A stretch of DNA of 64,000 nucleotides from Mustelus asterias (GCF_964213995.1 NC_135802.1:142476001-142540000); one strand, 5' to 3'. Positions 11,527-24,582 are shown, counted from the stretch's first letter. A program made the numbers and translations. Notes: generated by a model not told the origin, from the sequence alone.

Positions 11527-11802
11527 GTGTGTGGCACAGTGGTTAGCACTGCTGCCTCACAATGCCAGAGACCTGGGTTCGATTCCCAGCTTGGGCCACT
11601 GTCTGTGCGGAGTCTCATGTTCTGCCCGTGTCTGCGTGGGTTTCCTGCGGGTGCTCCGGTTTCCTCCCACAGTCCATGCTAAATTCTCCCTCCGTGTACC
11701 TGAACAGGCACCGGAGTTTGACAACTGGGGGATTTTTACAGTAACTTAATTACAGTGTTAATGTAAGCCTACTTGTGACACTAATAAATAAACTTAAACT
11801 TA
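11527..11802 (+). mobile_element. V-SINE, HE1 head with tail B
   Basis: gtggcacagtggttagcactgctgcctcac head; tail tacttgtgacactaataaataaacttaaactt. Confidence 0.92.
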
Positions 11803-12259
11803 ATTTACAGTTAAAAGGTACAAGTATGATGGTGATTCTAGTCAATGTCTAGGTCTTCACCCAATCCTCTCCATCTCTAGACATCACTGTGTGGGCTGTA
11901 CTTAGTCCCATTTTAACCCTTTATGTACCAAACACTATCGCGACACTTATGTGGTTCGTTGTCAAATTCTGTTGGAAAATGCCTCCTGGAAGTGCTTTGC
12001 AACACTTTACCCTGTTGAAGGCACGATGTAATTGCAAACTTTTGTGTATGCTTACTCAGCTTCCTCATGCTGTTTAACTTAGTAAATTCTGGTGAAGAGT
12101 TCTCCAAGTGACCTGGCTGGTATATACTTAAATTAAGACTGTTCACTGCAGTTTGGAGAAAGTTTGGATTTATATTTACTGCTAACCATTTTTTTAAAGC
12201 CTTGCCGGAGAGACGGACATTTTAGTCAACAGCATTCATAGATTTAATCAGAGGCTTAA

Positions 12260-12580
12260 TCATAGAATCCTACAGTGCAGAGGGAGACCATTCGGCCATT
12301 TGAGTCTGCACTGACCACAATCCCACTCAGGTCTTATCCCCATAACCCCATGCATTTACCCTAGCTAGTCCCCCCGACACTAAGCGGCAATTTGGCATGG
12401 CCAATCTACCTAACCCGCACATCTTTGGACTGTGGGAGGAAACCAGAGCACCCGGAGGAAACCCACGCAGACACAGGGAGAATGTGCAAACTCCGCACAG
12501 ACAGTGACCCATGCCCGGAATCAAACCCGGTTCCCTGGCGCTGTGAGGCAGCAGTGCCAGCCACTGTGCCACCGTGCCGC
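12260..12580 (-). mobile_element. HE1 SINE (V-SINE) with CR1-type tail A
   Basis: Full head, V domain, tail ...ctgcactgtaggattctatgat. Confidence 0.93.
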
Positions 12581-13237
12581 CCTTGTAAACGTTTGCCAGG
12601 AAAATCAGTCCTGAAGAGGTTAATAGCATTGGCACAATCCGATTAGAGTCCGACAAAGGAAATGCTGTCTCTGAAGTCAGAAAATGCCCTTCCAGAGGAA
12701 TGATCCTGAAGACAGATGCTAACAGTATGCTTCATGTTCAGCTCTGGCAGCACAGTGTTGTGACAGTTGAGTGCAAAAGGTTGGAATTGAATCCATCGAG
12801 GGAAAGAATTTATGAATATTAATGCATTCCAGTTTTGTTTTTGGGAGCACATCGCAGGTCAGGCAACAACGATAGCATTTCTGCATAATTAGCAATAAAT
12901 AATCCTGGCAGTGATCTTCTCTTTTAAAGTTGATAAGCTTGAAGGATGGGCTTGGCTACATTTGGAATCACAGGAAGGGGGATTTCTGGGAGTAAGGATG
13001 AGGCAGAAGGTTTACAATTCAGGATGTTGATTCCAGTCATTTGGGTTTCAGCCCATTCCCCCTCCTTTCAGTTTAAGGGGGAATAGATCATTATGGGTTG
13101 TAAGGCCCTGGCCCACATCTGCTTTGATACTTGAGAATTCAATTCGATAGCACAGTCAAAAGGTTTTATACAATGCCATTGTTTCTCTTTGCTGCATTTC
13201 GATTCAAAAGTTTTTCTTGATTTTTAAATATGTGTAA

Positions 13238-13867
13238 CCCTTTAAAACTGAGAAGAGGAGGAATTTCTTCAGCCAGAGGGTGGTGAATCTATGGAATTCA
13301 TTGCCACAGAAGGCTGTGGAGGCCAGGTGTATTTAAGACAGAGATAGATAGGTTCTTACTTGGTAAGGGGATCAAGGGTTACGGGGAAAAAGCGGGAGAA
13401 TGGGGTTGAGAAACTTATCACAAGAATGATCCCAGGAATGAAGGTTTGTCATATGAGGAGTGGTTGAGGAGTTTTGAAGGATGAAGGGGGATCGAATTGA
13501 AACTTACAGAATACTGAAAGGCCTAAATAGACTGGATGTGGAGAGAATGTTTTCACTAGTGGGAGAGACTAGAAATTGAGGGCACAACCTCAGAGTGGAG
13601 AGAACCACCTTTAAAACTGAGTTGAGGAGGCATTTCTTCAGTCAGAGGGTGGTGAATCTGTGGAACTCATTGCTACAAAGAGCTGTGGAGGCCAGGTCAT
13701 TGAGTGTCTTTAAGATAGAGATAGATAGGTTCTTGATCAATAAGGGGATCAAGGGTTACAGGGAGAAGGCAGGAGAATGGGGCTCAGAATCATATCAGCC
13801 ATGATTGAATGGCAGAGCAGACTTGATGGGCCAAATGTCCTAATTCTGCTCCTATATCTTATGGTCT
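13238..13867 (+). mobile_element. Two abutting CR1 3' fragments
   Basis: FKTE.RR.FFSQRVVNLWNSL segment occurs twice (13238-13418; 13419-13867, the second with tail). Confidence 0.88.
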
Positions 13868-14849
13868 AAATCATTCAATGCCTGCTTTCACAAGACTCTT
13901 TGCAGAGCTATTATTTCTTTTTGTATCTTTCCATCTGTTGAATTTTTGCTGTTTGCTAATGGCTTGAGAAATATGTTCAAACGCACTCTCCATTGATTAT
14001 TAATGGGCTATATGGAAGAGCTTTGTAAGTGATGCATTTTCAGTCTATTAATGAAGAAAATAATATCATTTAAAATAATGCACTGTTAGGTACAGATGAG
14101 AGTTAAATACCTGCTTTTCTTACAGTTAGTTTGTGTCAAGTCCTATTCACTCATCATCACTGTATTCAGTGGCCGACATTGACTCTGGATACAGCAATGC
14201 CTTAATTTTAAAATCCTCATCGTCAATTTCAATTCCTTCCATCGCCTTACTCCGATCTGTCTCTGCAACTTCATCCAGTTCTAGAACGTTCTGAGATTAC
14301 TGCGCACCTCTCTGCGACAGAGCTAAACCCATGCACATTGAGGTGAGAGTTTCCAGCATTGAGATGGAATGCTTTGCACTCTTCATCTCCCAGTGCTAAT
14401 ATCAAACACTAAGATTTGAGTATGTAAATTCAACTCCCTTCTTCCAATTGTTGCGGACAAGAGAGAATTTAATTTAAACATTCCTGATTTCTCCCCTCAT
14501 CACTCCTCCATAAGTGGAAAGATGTCTTTGGTTTCTGATTTTCCCTCTTTAGAAGCATAGCATATTTCCCAACCCCTCAGTCTGGTGTCATCCAATTCTC
14601 TATCAATAATCTAGTTTGATACTTTAGTGCAAAACTGAGGGAGTGCTGCACTGTCACGAAACCAAAGCTCTGTCTGCACTTTCGGATTGACATAAAAGAA
14701 TTCCATGGCATCATTCCAGAGAGCAAGGGTGTTACCTCAGAATATATGGTCATTATCTCATTCTTGTTGGGACAACCTTGCGTGTTATTTGGCTGCTGTG
14801 TTTCTTGAATTATAACAGTGACTGCGGGCGGAATCATGGGTCCTCCTAG

Positions 14850-15040
14850 AAATCATAGAAACCCTACAGTGCAGAAGGAGGCCATTCGGCCCATCAAGTC
14901 TGCACCGACCACAATCCCACCCAGGCCCTATTCCCACATATTTACCCGCTAATCCCACTAACCTACGCATTTTAGGACTCTAAGGGGCAATTTTTTTTTT
15001 TTAACCTGGCCAATCAACCTAAACCGCACATCTTTGGATT
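14850..15040 (-). mobile_element. HE1 SINE 3' half
   Basis: Tail A sequence identical in layout to other HE1 copies. Confidence 0.88.
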
Positions 15041-16074
15041 GTCAATTTGTGGCGAGTGGCGAGTTTGGTGGTGGGAACAGTGGCAGGTGGATACCCCACT
15101 GTCTTCCCACCTCCACCCTGATTAAGTCTAGTAGGAAGGCACATGGCCCAAACCCTGTCATGTTTGCTTGCAAGCTCCAGGAGGGGTCGCTTGGTCAAGG
15201 CACTCAGTGCCTGAACAAAAGAACCCAATTCAGAAAGATGGGGGCAGTTGAAAGCAACCCCTTTGCCTTTGCTGCCATTCCTGTCCCCACCGCCTCCCTC
15301 ACTGTGACCCCCCCATCGCACAACCCCACTCCTACCAACGCTCACCACTTGCTGGGGTATGATGAAAATCCTAGCCCTCAGGCAGTATTGTACTGACAGC
15401 AGCCACCACCTCTCCAGTGATACTGCTGTTCAGTAGAGCTGATGGCCACTGATTGCCAGCATCTCTTGGCAGGCGGAACATCCATCCCCAGGGTCCTTGA
15501 TCTGGAGGGAAGGCCTGTAGCTGGCCTTTCAAGTGCCTGATTTGCACAAGATGTTGTGGGTCTTCCCGAGCTGAGGCAACAAGAGCTCTCGCCAGCTCGC
15601 CAGGCAGCAGCTGAGACCCCTATCACCTCCAGAAGTTTCTGCCCTACGTTTTCAAAATTATCTCATTGGCTGTAAAGTGCTCTGGAAGGTCCTGAGGGCA
15701 CTACACCAATGAAAGTCTTTCATTTTCTTTTGACACAAATTGACCTGAGGCATTAACACATATCTGATCTTGTAGTGCACAACTTGATTTCATTTCATCT
15801 GCAATAGATCTCTGATTCCTAAGGTCACGGAGTGATTTGAGTGGAATTTCAATGGTCCCAGCAGCATTGGAAACATGTGTTCTTTCATGTCATCATCATC
15901 ACCCCATCAATTTCCTGGAATTTCCTCCCTAAACTACCATGAGCGAGTGGATATCGCCATTTACTGTTGTATGATAATTTTGGATTATATTTTGTCAGCT
16001 ACATATCTTGCTTTATTTTTAAAGGACTTAGTTGACATTTTTAATAGGACTTTCCTCTACGTGTATTGAGAATG

Positions 16075-16635
16075 AGAATAAATATTGTGTGCAGTTTTGG
16101 TGTCCTTAGCTGAGGATGTCCTTGCTATAGAGGGAGTGCAGCAAAGGTTTACCAGGCTGATTACTGGGGTGGCAGGTCTTGTCACGTGAGGAGAGACTAA
16201 ATCAGTTAGGATTATATTCATTAGAGTTTAGAAGAATGAAAGGAGATCTCATAGGAATTTATAAAGTTCTAACAGGATTAGACAGGGCAGATTCAGAATG
16301 AATGTTCCCAATGGTGGGGGAGTCCAGAACTGGAGGTCATAGTTTGAGAATAAGGGGTAAACCTTTTAGGACGGAGGTGAGGAGAAATTTCTTCAGCTAG
16401 AGAGTGATGAATGTGTGGAATTCACTGCCACAGAATATAGTTGAAGCCAAATCGTTGCGTGATTTCAAGAAGAAATTAGATATAACTCTTGGGGCTGAAG
16501 GGATCAAGGGATATGGGGGGGGAAGGCAGGATCAGGATATTGAATTTGATGATCAGCCATGGTCAAAGTGAATGGCGGTGGGTCAGGCTGGAAGGGCTGA
16601 ATGGCCTACTCCTGCTTCTCTTTTCTATGTTTCTC
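16075..16635 (+). mobile_element. CR1 LINE 3' fragment
   Basis: YCVQFWCP...gtgcagcaaaggtttaccagg...; same subfamily as 31152-31548. Confidence 0.9.
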
Positions 16636-17648
16636 TGTGTGTAATTCTTGGAGGAGGGTAATCTTCAGTCCTGCTCAAGGGCAGTTACTTTTGCACTGTT
16701 TTTCTCAGCTACGCTTTCAGAGTTTAGGTTCAGTAACATTGTCAAACCCAGATTATTCTCACCTCTCAGTGCTTCGTAGAATGTATAAAATTGATTCCAG
16801 ATTACAATACGGACCATTGATGCCATTGCAACCCTGTTGGTATTTCTGCATTAAAAGCAAATCTTTCCAGTTTGCGGAAGGTTAAGCTGACGACAAGCAC
16901 AATAGGAAAGCGATTGCGTTGCTTTAACCAGAGCTGTCAGTGGCACTTTAGATTTCCTCGTGTTCCTGGCTCTGTGCAGGAGCTGTGTCGTAATAAACAG
17001 TGGACTTGTTCATTGATGAGAATGTGGCACCGTGGCATTGTTAGAACGCCAGAGGCTTGTTTTTGAGCAGAAAAGTAACCTTCTTGAACTCTCTTCGAGC
17101 CCACAGTTCCTATTCTCGTCTTTCCGCCCCAGTACAGATAGAACTGCTTAGTTGGACATTGCTTAATTAACGGTTTTGAATAATGCAATTGGCTGTTCCC
17201 TAATTAAACCGCTTTTTTCCTTGACATCGGCCTCACTATAAATCCGCCGGGTTTCAACCTCCCACTTGTCTCCATGTGGGCCATCAGAAGGATTTTCCCA
17301 CGGTTGCCCTGTCTCTGGTGCTCAGCCAGTGCTGCAGTGGCAAGTGAATGTATTTTCCTTTGGGTCACCTTGTTGGGTTTCCTTCCTGGAGGCTCAACAA
17401 CAACAACAACTTGCATTTGCACGGCATATTTAAAGGAGAGAAAGGCCTGAGGCACTTTGCAAGAATATTATCAAACAATATTTGACACCAAGCCACAAAT
17501 TGAGTCAGGTAACTAAAAGCTTAGGCAACAAGGCAGATTTTAAGAAGTGTCTTAAAGGGGGAGAGAGAGGGGTAGAGAGTTAAGAGATGTTTAGGAAGAG
17601 AATTCCAGAGCTAATGACTGAAACAGTTGAAGACATGACTGTCTACAA

Positions 17649-17757
17649 GGGGCAACGCTCTGAAAGCTCGTGCTACCAAATAAACCTGTTGGACTTTAAC
17701 CTGGTGTGAGACTTCTTACTGTGCCTCCCCAGTCCAACACCGGCATCTCCACATCAT
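17649..17757 (+). mobile_element. Penelope-type terminus family 2, 5'-truncated inside hammerhead
   Basis: ggggc-aac-gctct GAAA GC TC gtg...ccaaataaacctgttggactttaacc...tccacatcat; flanks tgtctacaa (17640) / tgcctacaa (17757). Confidence 0.75.
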
Positions 17758-18294
17758 GCCTACAATGGGTCAGGATGTCTGCAAAAGACATTCAATTGGT
17801 TAAAGGTCAATACCAACCTATGCCTTCTATTATTTTGTTGTCACTCATCATCTTCTCAGAAATTGGCTTTCAAGCCTGAAGATTCCTGTGAAGAAGCACA
17901 GAGACAATTTATCGCTCAACAACCAGTCACCTCTGCTTTGAAGTGGGCAAACTATAACCACAAGAAACTGGCATGCGAGAAATGGCATCGGGAAATATCT
18001 TTCAGACGGAAACGTGTGTTGAATCCTCTTGCATGGATTCTTGCGGCTTCGGACTCCTATTATTTTAATTAAAGTGCAACGTATTGGTTGCAAATGATAT
18101 AATTTAAGCAGCAGAGTTCAGAGTAATTGTCACAGCACAAACTTCTTAACTTGACTTCTTGTTTTATTCTTTACAATTTGCTTGATGTTGATGGCTAATT
18201 TGATCCAATTAGTCTCCCAATTGTCTGCAGTGGGAGTATGTGTATAAGCCTGCAGTGACAGTTCTGTTGTGAGTAAATTTTTGCTTTTTATTTG

Positions 18295-18978
18295 CCGAGG
18301 GATCTTGGGATTCAAGTCCATTGCTCCCTGAAAGTGGCCACACGAGTAGATAGGGTGGTAAAGAAGATATATGACATGTTTGCCTTTGTTGGTTGGGGCA
18401 TTGAGTACAAGTGTCAGGATGTCATATTGCAGCTTTATAAACATAGAGTATTGCATTCAATTCTGGTCATCACGTTACAGGAAGGATGTGGAAGCTTTGG
18501 AGAGGGTGCAGAAGAGGGTTACCAGGACGCTGCCTGGATTAATGGATATGAGTTATAAGAAGAGGCTGGACATACATGGGTCATTTTCTCTGGAGCGGCA
18601 GAGGCTGAGTGGAGACGTGATAGAAGTCTATAAAACTAGGAGAGGCACAGATAGGATTGACAGTCAGAATATTTTTCCAGAGTTGAAATGTCTGATACTA
18701 GGGGGCATGCACTTAAGGTGAGAGGGGGAACATTCAAAGGAGATGTGGGGGGAAAGTTTTTTGCATGGAGCGTGGTAAATGTCTGGAACATGCTGCCAGG
18801 GGTGGTGGTGGAGGCAGATATGATCGGGGCATTTAAGGGGCTTTTAGATAAACACTTGAATATGCAAGACATAGAGGGATATGGACTAAGGGCAGGCAGG
18901 AGGAATTAGTTTAATTTGGCGTCATGTTCGACACAGCATCGTGGGCCGAAGGACCTGTTCCTGTGCACTACTGTTCTA
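18295..18978 (+). mobile_element. CR1 LINE 3' fragment
   Basis: RDLGIQVHCSLK, EYCIQFWSSRYRKDVEALERVQKR, TRGHALKVRGG motifs across frameshifted ORFs. Confidence 0.92.
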
Positions 18979-19601
18979 AAAATATACTGCATTCGTAATC
19001 TTTCTGAAAGAACATTACAAACATTTCAAAATGGCCATCACACAAGGTGCAATAATATTCAGGTTTTCTACATAGATCATGTTGCACTTTGAGGTGCTTC
19101 AATACAAAGGTGATGCATGTAATATTCACTATATACATTCAATGTGAGCCAGGGACTAATCACACAGGTACAGTAGGGATGTTCTCCTACATCTGAAATT
19201 AAAGCGCATGGTTATGTTGGAGCAGAGGGAGCTCTACGCTTGACCTAACTGTGACACCGCTTGCTTTGGAGTGTTCAACTGTGATGTTAGTCGTCTGAAA
19301 TGCAAATGTTCCATTCCAAGCCGAGATCAATTAGTTTTTATTAGGTAATGGTATCGAGAGATTATAGCACAAAGGCAGGAAAATAGAGTTGAAATGCAGA
19401 TTAGCCATGATCTAAATGAATGGCAGAGCAGACCTGAAAGGATAAATGACCCACTTCTGTTCTGAATGCTATTGAGTTACCTAACCCAGTGATACCTCAA
19501 AAATCAAAAAGAAAACTCTTCTGCTTTAGTAACTGTGATATTTCAGTTCAACAAAGGACAGAATTCACAACTTTCCTCGAGGCAGAGCATGAATTTTTGA
19601 A

Positions 19602-19923
19602 TCATAGAATCCCGACAGTGCAGAAGGAGGCCATTCGGCCCATCGAGTCTGTACCCCCCACAATCCCATCCAGGCCCCATTCCTGTGACCCCACACATTT
19701 ACCCTGCAAATCCCCCTGACACTAGGGTCAAATTAGCATGGCCAATCAACCTAACGCACACATCTTTGGACAGTGGGAGGAAACTGGAGCACCCAGAGGA
19801 AACCCACGCAGACACGGGGGAGAATGTGCAAACTCCACACAGACAGTGACCCGAGGCCAGAATTGAACCTGGTTCCCTGGCACTGTGAGGCAGCAGTGCT
19901 AACTACTGTGCCACCATGCCGCC
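19602..19923 (-). mobile_element. HE1 SINE, tail A
   Basis: Full-length match to other HE1 copies. Confidence 0.93.
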
Positions 19924-20024
19924 TATGAAATCAGAGGAAGTGGATTTTCCACAGGGGTTGGCTTATAGGGAAAAGGGGACAGCTGAGTTAATGTGGAATG
20001 GTAATAAGATACATATGATTTACG

Positions 20025-20293
20025 CTCAGGTCGCTGTCTGTGTGGAGTTTGCACATTCTCCCCGTGTCTGCGTGGGTTTCCTCCAGGTGCTCCGGTTTCC
20101 TCCCACAGTCCAAAGATGTGCGGGCTAGGTTGATTGGCCATTCTAAATTGCCCCTTAGTGTCCCAGGATGCATAGGTTAGAGGGGTTAGCGGGTAAATAT
20201 GTAGGGATATGGGAATAGGGCCTGGGTGGGATTGTGGTTGGTGCAGACTCGATGGAACGAATGGCCTCTTTCTGCACTGTAGGATTCTATGAT
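20025..20293 (+). mobile_element. HE1 SINE, 5'-truncated, tail A
   Basis: V domain plus tail; inverted relative to 19602-19923. Confidence 0.92.
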
Positions 20294-20762
20294 TTAGAAA
20301 CTTAACAACCTTTCAGCAAAGACAAGGAACAATTCTGTCCGAATCCCTGGCCATGATGGATTCCTAGCTGGTTGTTGTAGTGATATTTATTGGAGGTTGA
20401 ATTCTCTTTCTGCTGCTCATCTCGATCTATTAAGCTTCATATTGAAGTCGAGTCTCGGCTCACTAAGGAGTTTTTGGGCAGTCCCTGTTTCCAGGGCAAC
20501 CAAGTAACTGCTGCTCTGTGGTGCTGCCAGACCGGTAGACAGAGAAAGCTTGTCTGAAACACATTGTCTCAGTGCAGCATTGTTGGATCCAGTTTTTATT
20601 GCATGTTCCTGCCATCGTTTGAAACATGCTTTTCTTAAAACAAAAAGTGTGAAAAAAACATCCAAATAGAATCAGGCTCCCAGAAGGTGAAATTAGAGCA
20701 GAAACTGGTGGAACACTCAGCTGGTCAGGCAGCATCTGTGGAGAGAGTAACAGAGTTCACAG

Positions 20763-21781
20763 CACTAATGTTTTAGCGCAGCAGGCTGGGAGATTCCAGT
20801 GGTGCCCGATGCACGGGGTCCACATTGGGCATTCCGGCCCGCTAACGTCTCCCAGCGCCAGCTCCATGCTGGAAATCAGCGGGGAGGTGCATAAATTATG
20901 GTAGTTTGTTTCCAGATATTTTAAACACAAATAGCAAGCCTGGGACTGAAGTCTCTGGGCCCGCTAGCCTCTCCCACCCCGCCAGGAGTATTTCACTCCA
21001 GCGGGGTTGACAGTAGCTCCTCACTTTCGGGGAGCTAGAAGCTTGATCCCGCTGGAGTGAAGGGGGGGGGGCGGCAAGTGGGGCCTCCCCAGAGGGTCGG
21101 GTGGCAGGGCGGTGGTGCCCTTAGGCATTGACACCTGGGCAGTGCCAGCCTGTGCTGCCTGGCACTGCCCAAAGGGCAAAGTGCCAATGCCTGGGGGGGC
21201 ACCTTGGTACTTCCTGAGGGGTGGGGCCTATAGGGGGCAGGGTCGATGGGAGCAGCCCTGGTGGGGCAATCGGTGGGGGTAGGGGGGTCCTGTTGCCAAT
21301 CTGCAAAGGGAGGAAGGCCAGCGATTGGGGCTGCCCATTGGGGTGGTGGGGGTTAGCCTGCTTTGGGGGGGGGCGGGGGGGGTCGGATCCGCCGGTGGGG
21401 GAGGTGGGGAATTGGGGGGTGGCGAGAGATCGGGGCTGCGGGGTCGTGGGTGGAGGCTGGGCCGGACATCGGGCTGTGTGTGGGTGGAGAGCCGGGATGG
21501 CGGGGCTAGCCAGCGATTGAGCTGGCCAGCGATCAGGAGACCAGCAGACAGAGGCCACTGGGCATGCGCCGATCTCGACATTGACAGATTGGTACATACG
21601 CAGTGTCCCACTCAGTGCTATGCTGCCAGTGTCCTGGGCAAGGATAGGCCCCGACCCCTGATTATTAGTATGCACAGAGTGTGGGAGATTCTTCTCTGAA
21701 CTCCCACTGAATAAAACAGCGGGATTTACTCCAGTTTTCACACGAATTCGACACTTAGAAGTTTTTGGGAGAATTCCAGTC
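20763..21781 (+). mobile_element. GC-rich non-autonomous Harbinger-like element (long family)
   Basis: Collinear with 59754-60897; right TIR ggagaattccagtc; left TIR missing. Confidence 0.78.
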
Positions 21782-22967
21782 ATGGACTTTTATGATGTTA
21801 GACTTGTAGTCTTGTGACTAGATGGTTGGTTTGCTGTATTGTCGGACTTGAAAAGGAACTGTATTATGATGTTGCAGTGTCCAGTCCTTAAGGCACAGGC
21901 GTTATTGTCCTTTCTGATGCTTCTGTGTGTTTCTGAAGACTTGAAGATTAAAAGTGGAACCCAACATGGCTGCATCATTGTGTGGCTGTTCGCAGTACCC
22001 TTTACTAAATATGGTATTTTGGGCTGGTCTCAGTAGCGATACCCCTAAGTCTGGAAGGTATCTTTTTGTCCTTGCGAGACAGTGTGGTGGCTCTCAGTTC
22101 ACGATCAGAAGACCCTCGGCGGCCATCTTTTGCCAGCACCTTGCCCATTTTTGAAAAGAAAAGTTCCATAAGATTCTCCACACTTGAGCAAAATTCATAT
22201 TTTAAAAGTTATGAATATTTTATGCCTTTAAAGGGCATGGCAATCCTCTGTGTAAGTTTTACAAGCATGATTTACTCTGCTCTTTGAGAGAGCTATCAGA
22301 TATTAATAACTGGAGTGCAGCCTTATAACCGTGTTTCAACCACCTACGGTTTGTAAATAATAAATCTGGACTTGTTTTGAGGGGTATATATATTTAGGTT
22401 GAAAGCATGGGCTGTGCAGACTTACTGTGGGCGAATGCCACTGGCTGTAATGTTGCTCTGTGATTTCACAGAACTCCATAACTCTCTGCAATTGTGCATA
22501 TTTAATTCCTTTTTCTGAGCAGCCAATTCTGTCGGGTCCCTTCAAGGTTTCGCTTTCTGATAATCACTCGTTATGTTCTCCAGCCTCGCAAAATCCCTGG
22601 GCTCCTCCACCTCTGGCTCTTGTGCGTGCCAAATATCCTTCATCCCAAGTATTGGTGACTGTGGCTTCAACTGTCTGCTCACTGAGATCTGGAATTTCCT
22701 CCCGAAACCATTCTACCTCTCTCTTGGCTTCTTAAAGAATCCTTAAGGATCTTAAAGAAAAATTATCCCTTTGACCGAGCTTTTTCTCACTTGCCCTAAT
22801 ACTTCCCTCTTTGGCTCAATGTCATTATTTTTCTGTTTGATCCCACCTCAAACCATGCAGGCAAGTCAACTTCTTAAGGAAGACTGGTTCCTTGACCAGG
22901 ACTTATTCAATGGTATGAAAGGGCTGGGGCAGTGTTGTCGGTCGTCTTAAGATCCCCTGATAATCAA

Positions 22968-23340
22968 AGAACAAAGAAAATTACAGCGTGGGAACAGGCC
23001 CTTTGGCCCTCAAAGCCTGTGCCAACTATGCTGCCCGACAGAATCAAAACCCCCGACCCTTCCGGGGACCATATCCCTCTATTGCCATCCTATTCATGTA
23101 TTTGTCAAGACGCCCCTTAAGAGTCACTATCACATCTGCTTCCACTACCTCCCCCAGCAGCGTGTTCCAGGCACCCACCCCCCGTCTGTGTAAAAAACTT
23201 GCCTCGTACATCTCCTTTAAACCTTGCCCCTCGCACCTTAAACCTATTCCCCCTAGTAATTGACTTTTCCACTCTGGGAAAAAGTTTCTGACTAACCACT
23301 CTGTCCATGCCCCTCATAATCTTGTAGACTTCTATCAGGG
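22968..23340 (-). mobile_element. CR1 LINE 3' fragment
   Basis: LIEVYKIMRGMDRV..KLFPRVEKSITRGNRFKVRG; tail caaagaacaaag. Confidence 0.9.
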
Positions 23341-24269
23341 TCAGGTGGAGCGATAAGCTTGTGCTCACACAGAAAAGAGCAGGGCAGTAGAATTCACTGG
23401 ATAATTCTTCCGAAGAGCCGGCATGACAATGATGGGCCAAGTGGCCTCTCCCCCCCCCCTCTCTTTCTCTCTCTCTTTCTTTGGCCCAAATTCTCCAGTC
23501 TCTCGACTGTAGGAGATGGGACATAAGTTGGGAGATGCACGTCAGGGCTCTGCGGAAGATCTGACGCACAAACGTGCGCTGTAATTTCCCGGGAAGTTTA
23601 AACTTCGGATGGGCTGCCTTCCACTGCCTGCGACCCTCCACGAATACCTCCGACCCTGAGCTCCGAGGCTTAGGCCAGATATACGGGCCTTACCTGGACA
23701 TGGATTTGGTAGACTTTGTCTAACATAATGATTAGTCAGCATAACTGAACTGAGCAACACATCCAAACCCACCCCCACCCCAAGTTACCCCTCCAAGAAA
23801 ATCTGAGTACCCCCTCCATGCCTACATCCCCACCAGACCACCCCACCCCTACCTGACTACACCCCAACCTGACTAGTGATTTGCCCACATGTATACTAGC
23901 CCATTCACCCACTAACCCACTCACTACCTCACTCACTTACTGAAAGACTTGGATATTGAAAAGCATACCTGAATACAGCAACTACTGTCCTGCAATGGGT
24001 GGAGCTGTTTTCTCATCTCTTCTTGCGCCTGACCATCTTCCCTTCAAAGCTGTGCTGACTCTTCACAGCCAATGTCAGAGAATATGGCTAAAAAAAATCA
24101 TAAGAGGGTCGGTGGCATAATTCCTCATGGGCAGTGTCAAATGTGCTCAGCGTAAACACTGATTTGGGCCTGTGTTTATATCAAACGTTAAAGAGCTGCT
24201 ATGCTGTCCCTCAGTGTTACCTATCCATCCACAGAATCAAGTGCTGAAGCTTTGCACAAGAACCTTGTG

Positions 24270-24582
24270 GATGGCACAGTGGTTAGCACTGCTGCCTCAC
24301 AGTGCCAGGGACCTGGGTTTAATCCCGGCCTCAGGTCACTGTCTATGTGGAGTTTGCACATTCTTCCCGTGTCTGTGTGGGGTTTCCTCCGGGTGCTCCG
24401 GTTTCCTCCCACAGTCCAAAGATGTGCAGATTAGGTGGATTGGCCATGCTAAATTGACCCGTGTGTCAGGGGGATTAGCAGGGTAAATATGTGGGGTTAT
24501 GGGAATAGGGCCTGGGTGGGATTGTGGTTGTGCAGACTCAGTGGGCCGAATGGCCTCCTTCTGCACTGGAAGGATTCTATGA
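24270..24582 (+). mobile_element. HE1 SINE, tail A
   Basis: Full head, V domain, tail. Confidence 0.93.

Noticed and set aside
21121-21783. 220-aa Pro-rich ORF and similar ORFs at 10.6 kb and 60.3 kb
   Set aside because: Low stop frequency in GC-rich non-autonomous elements; frames differ among copies; no transposase motifs
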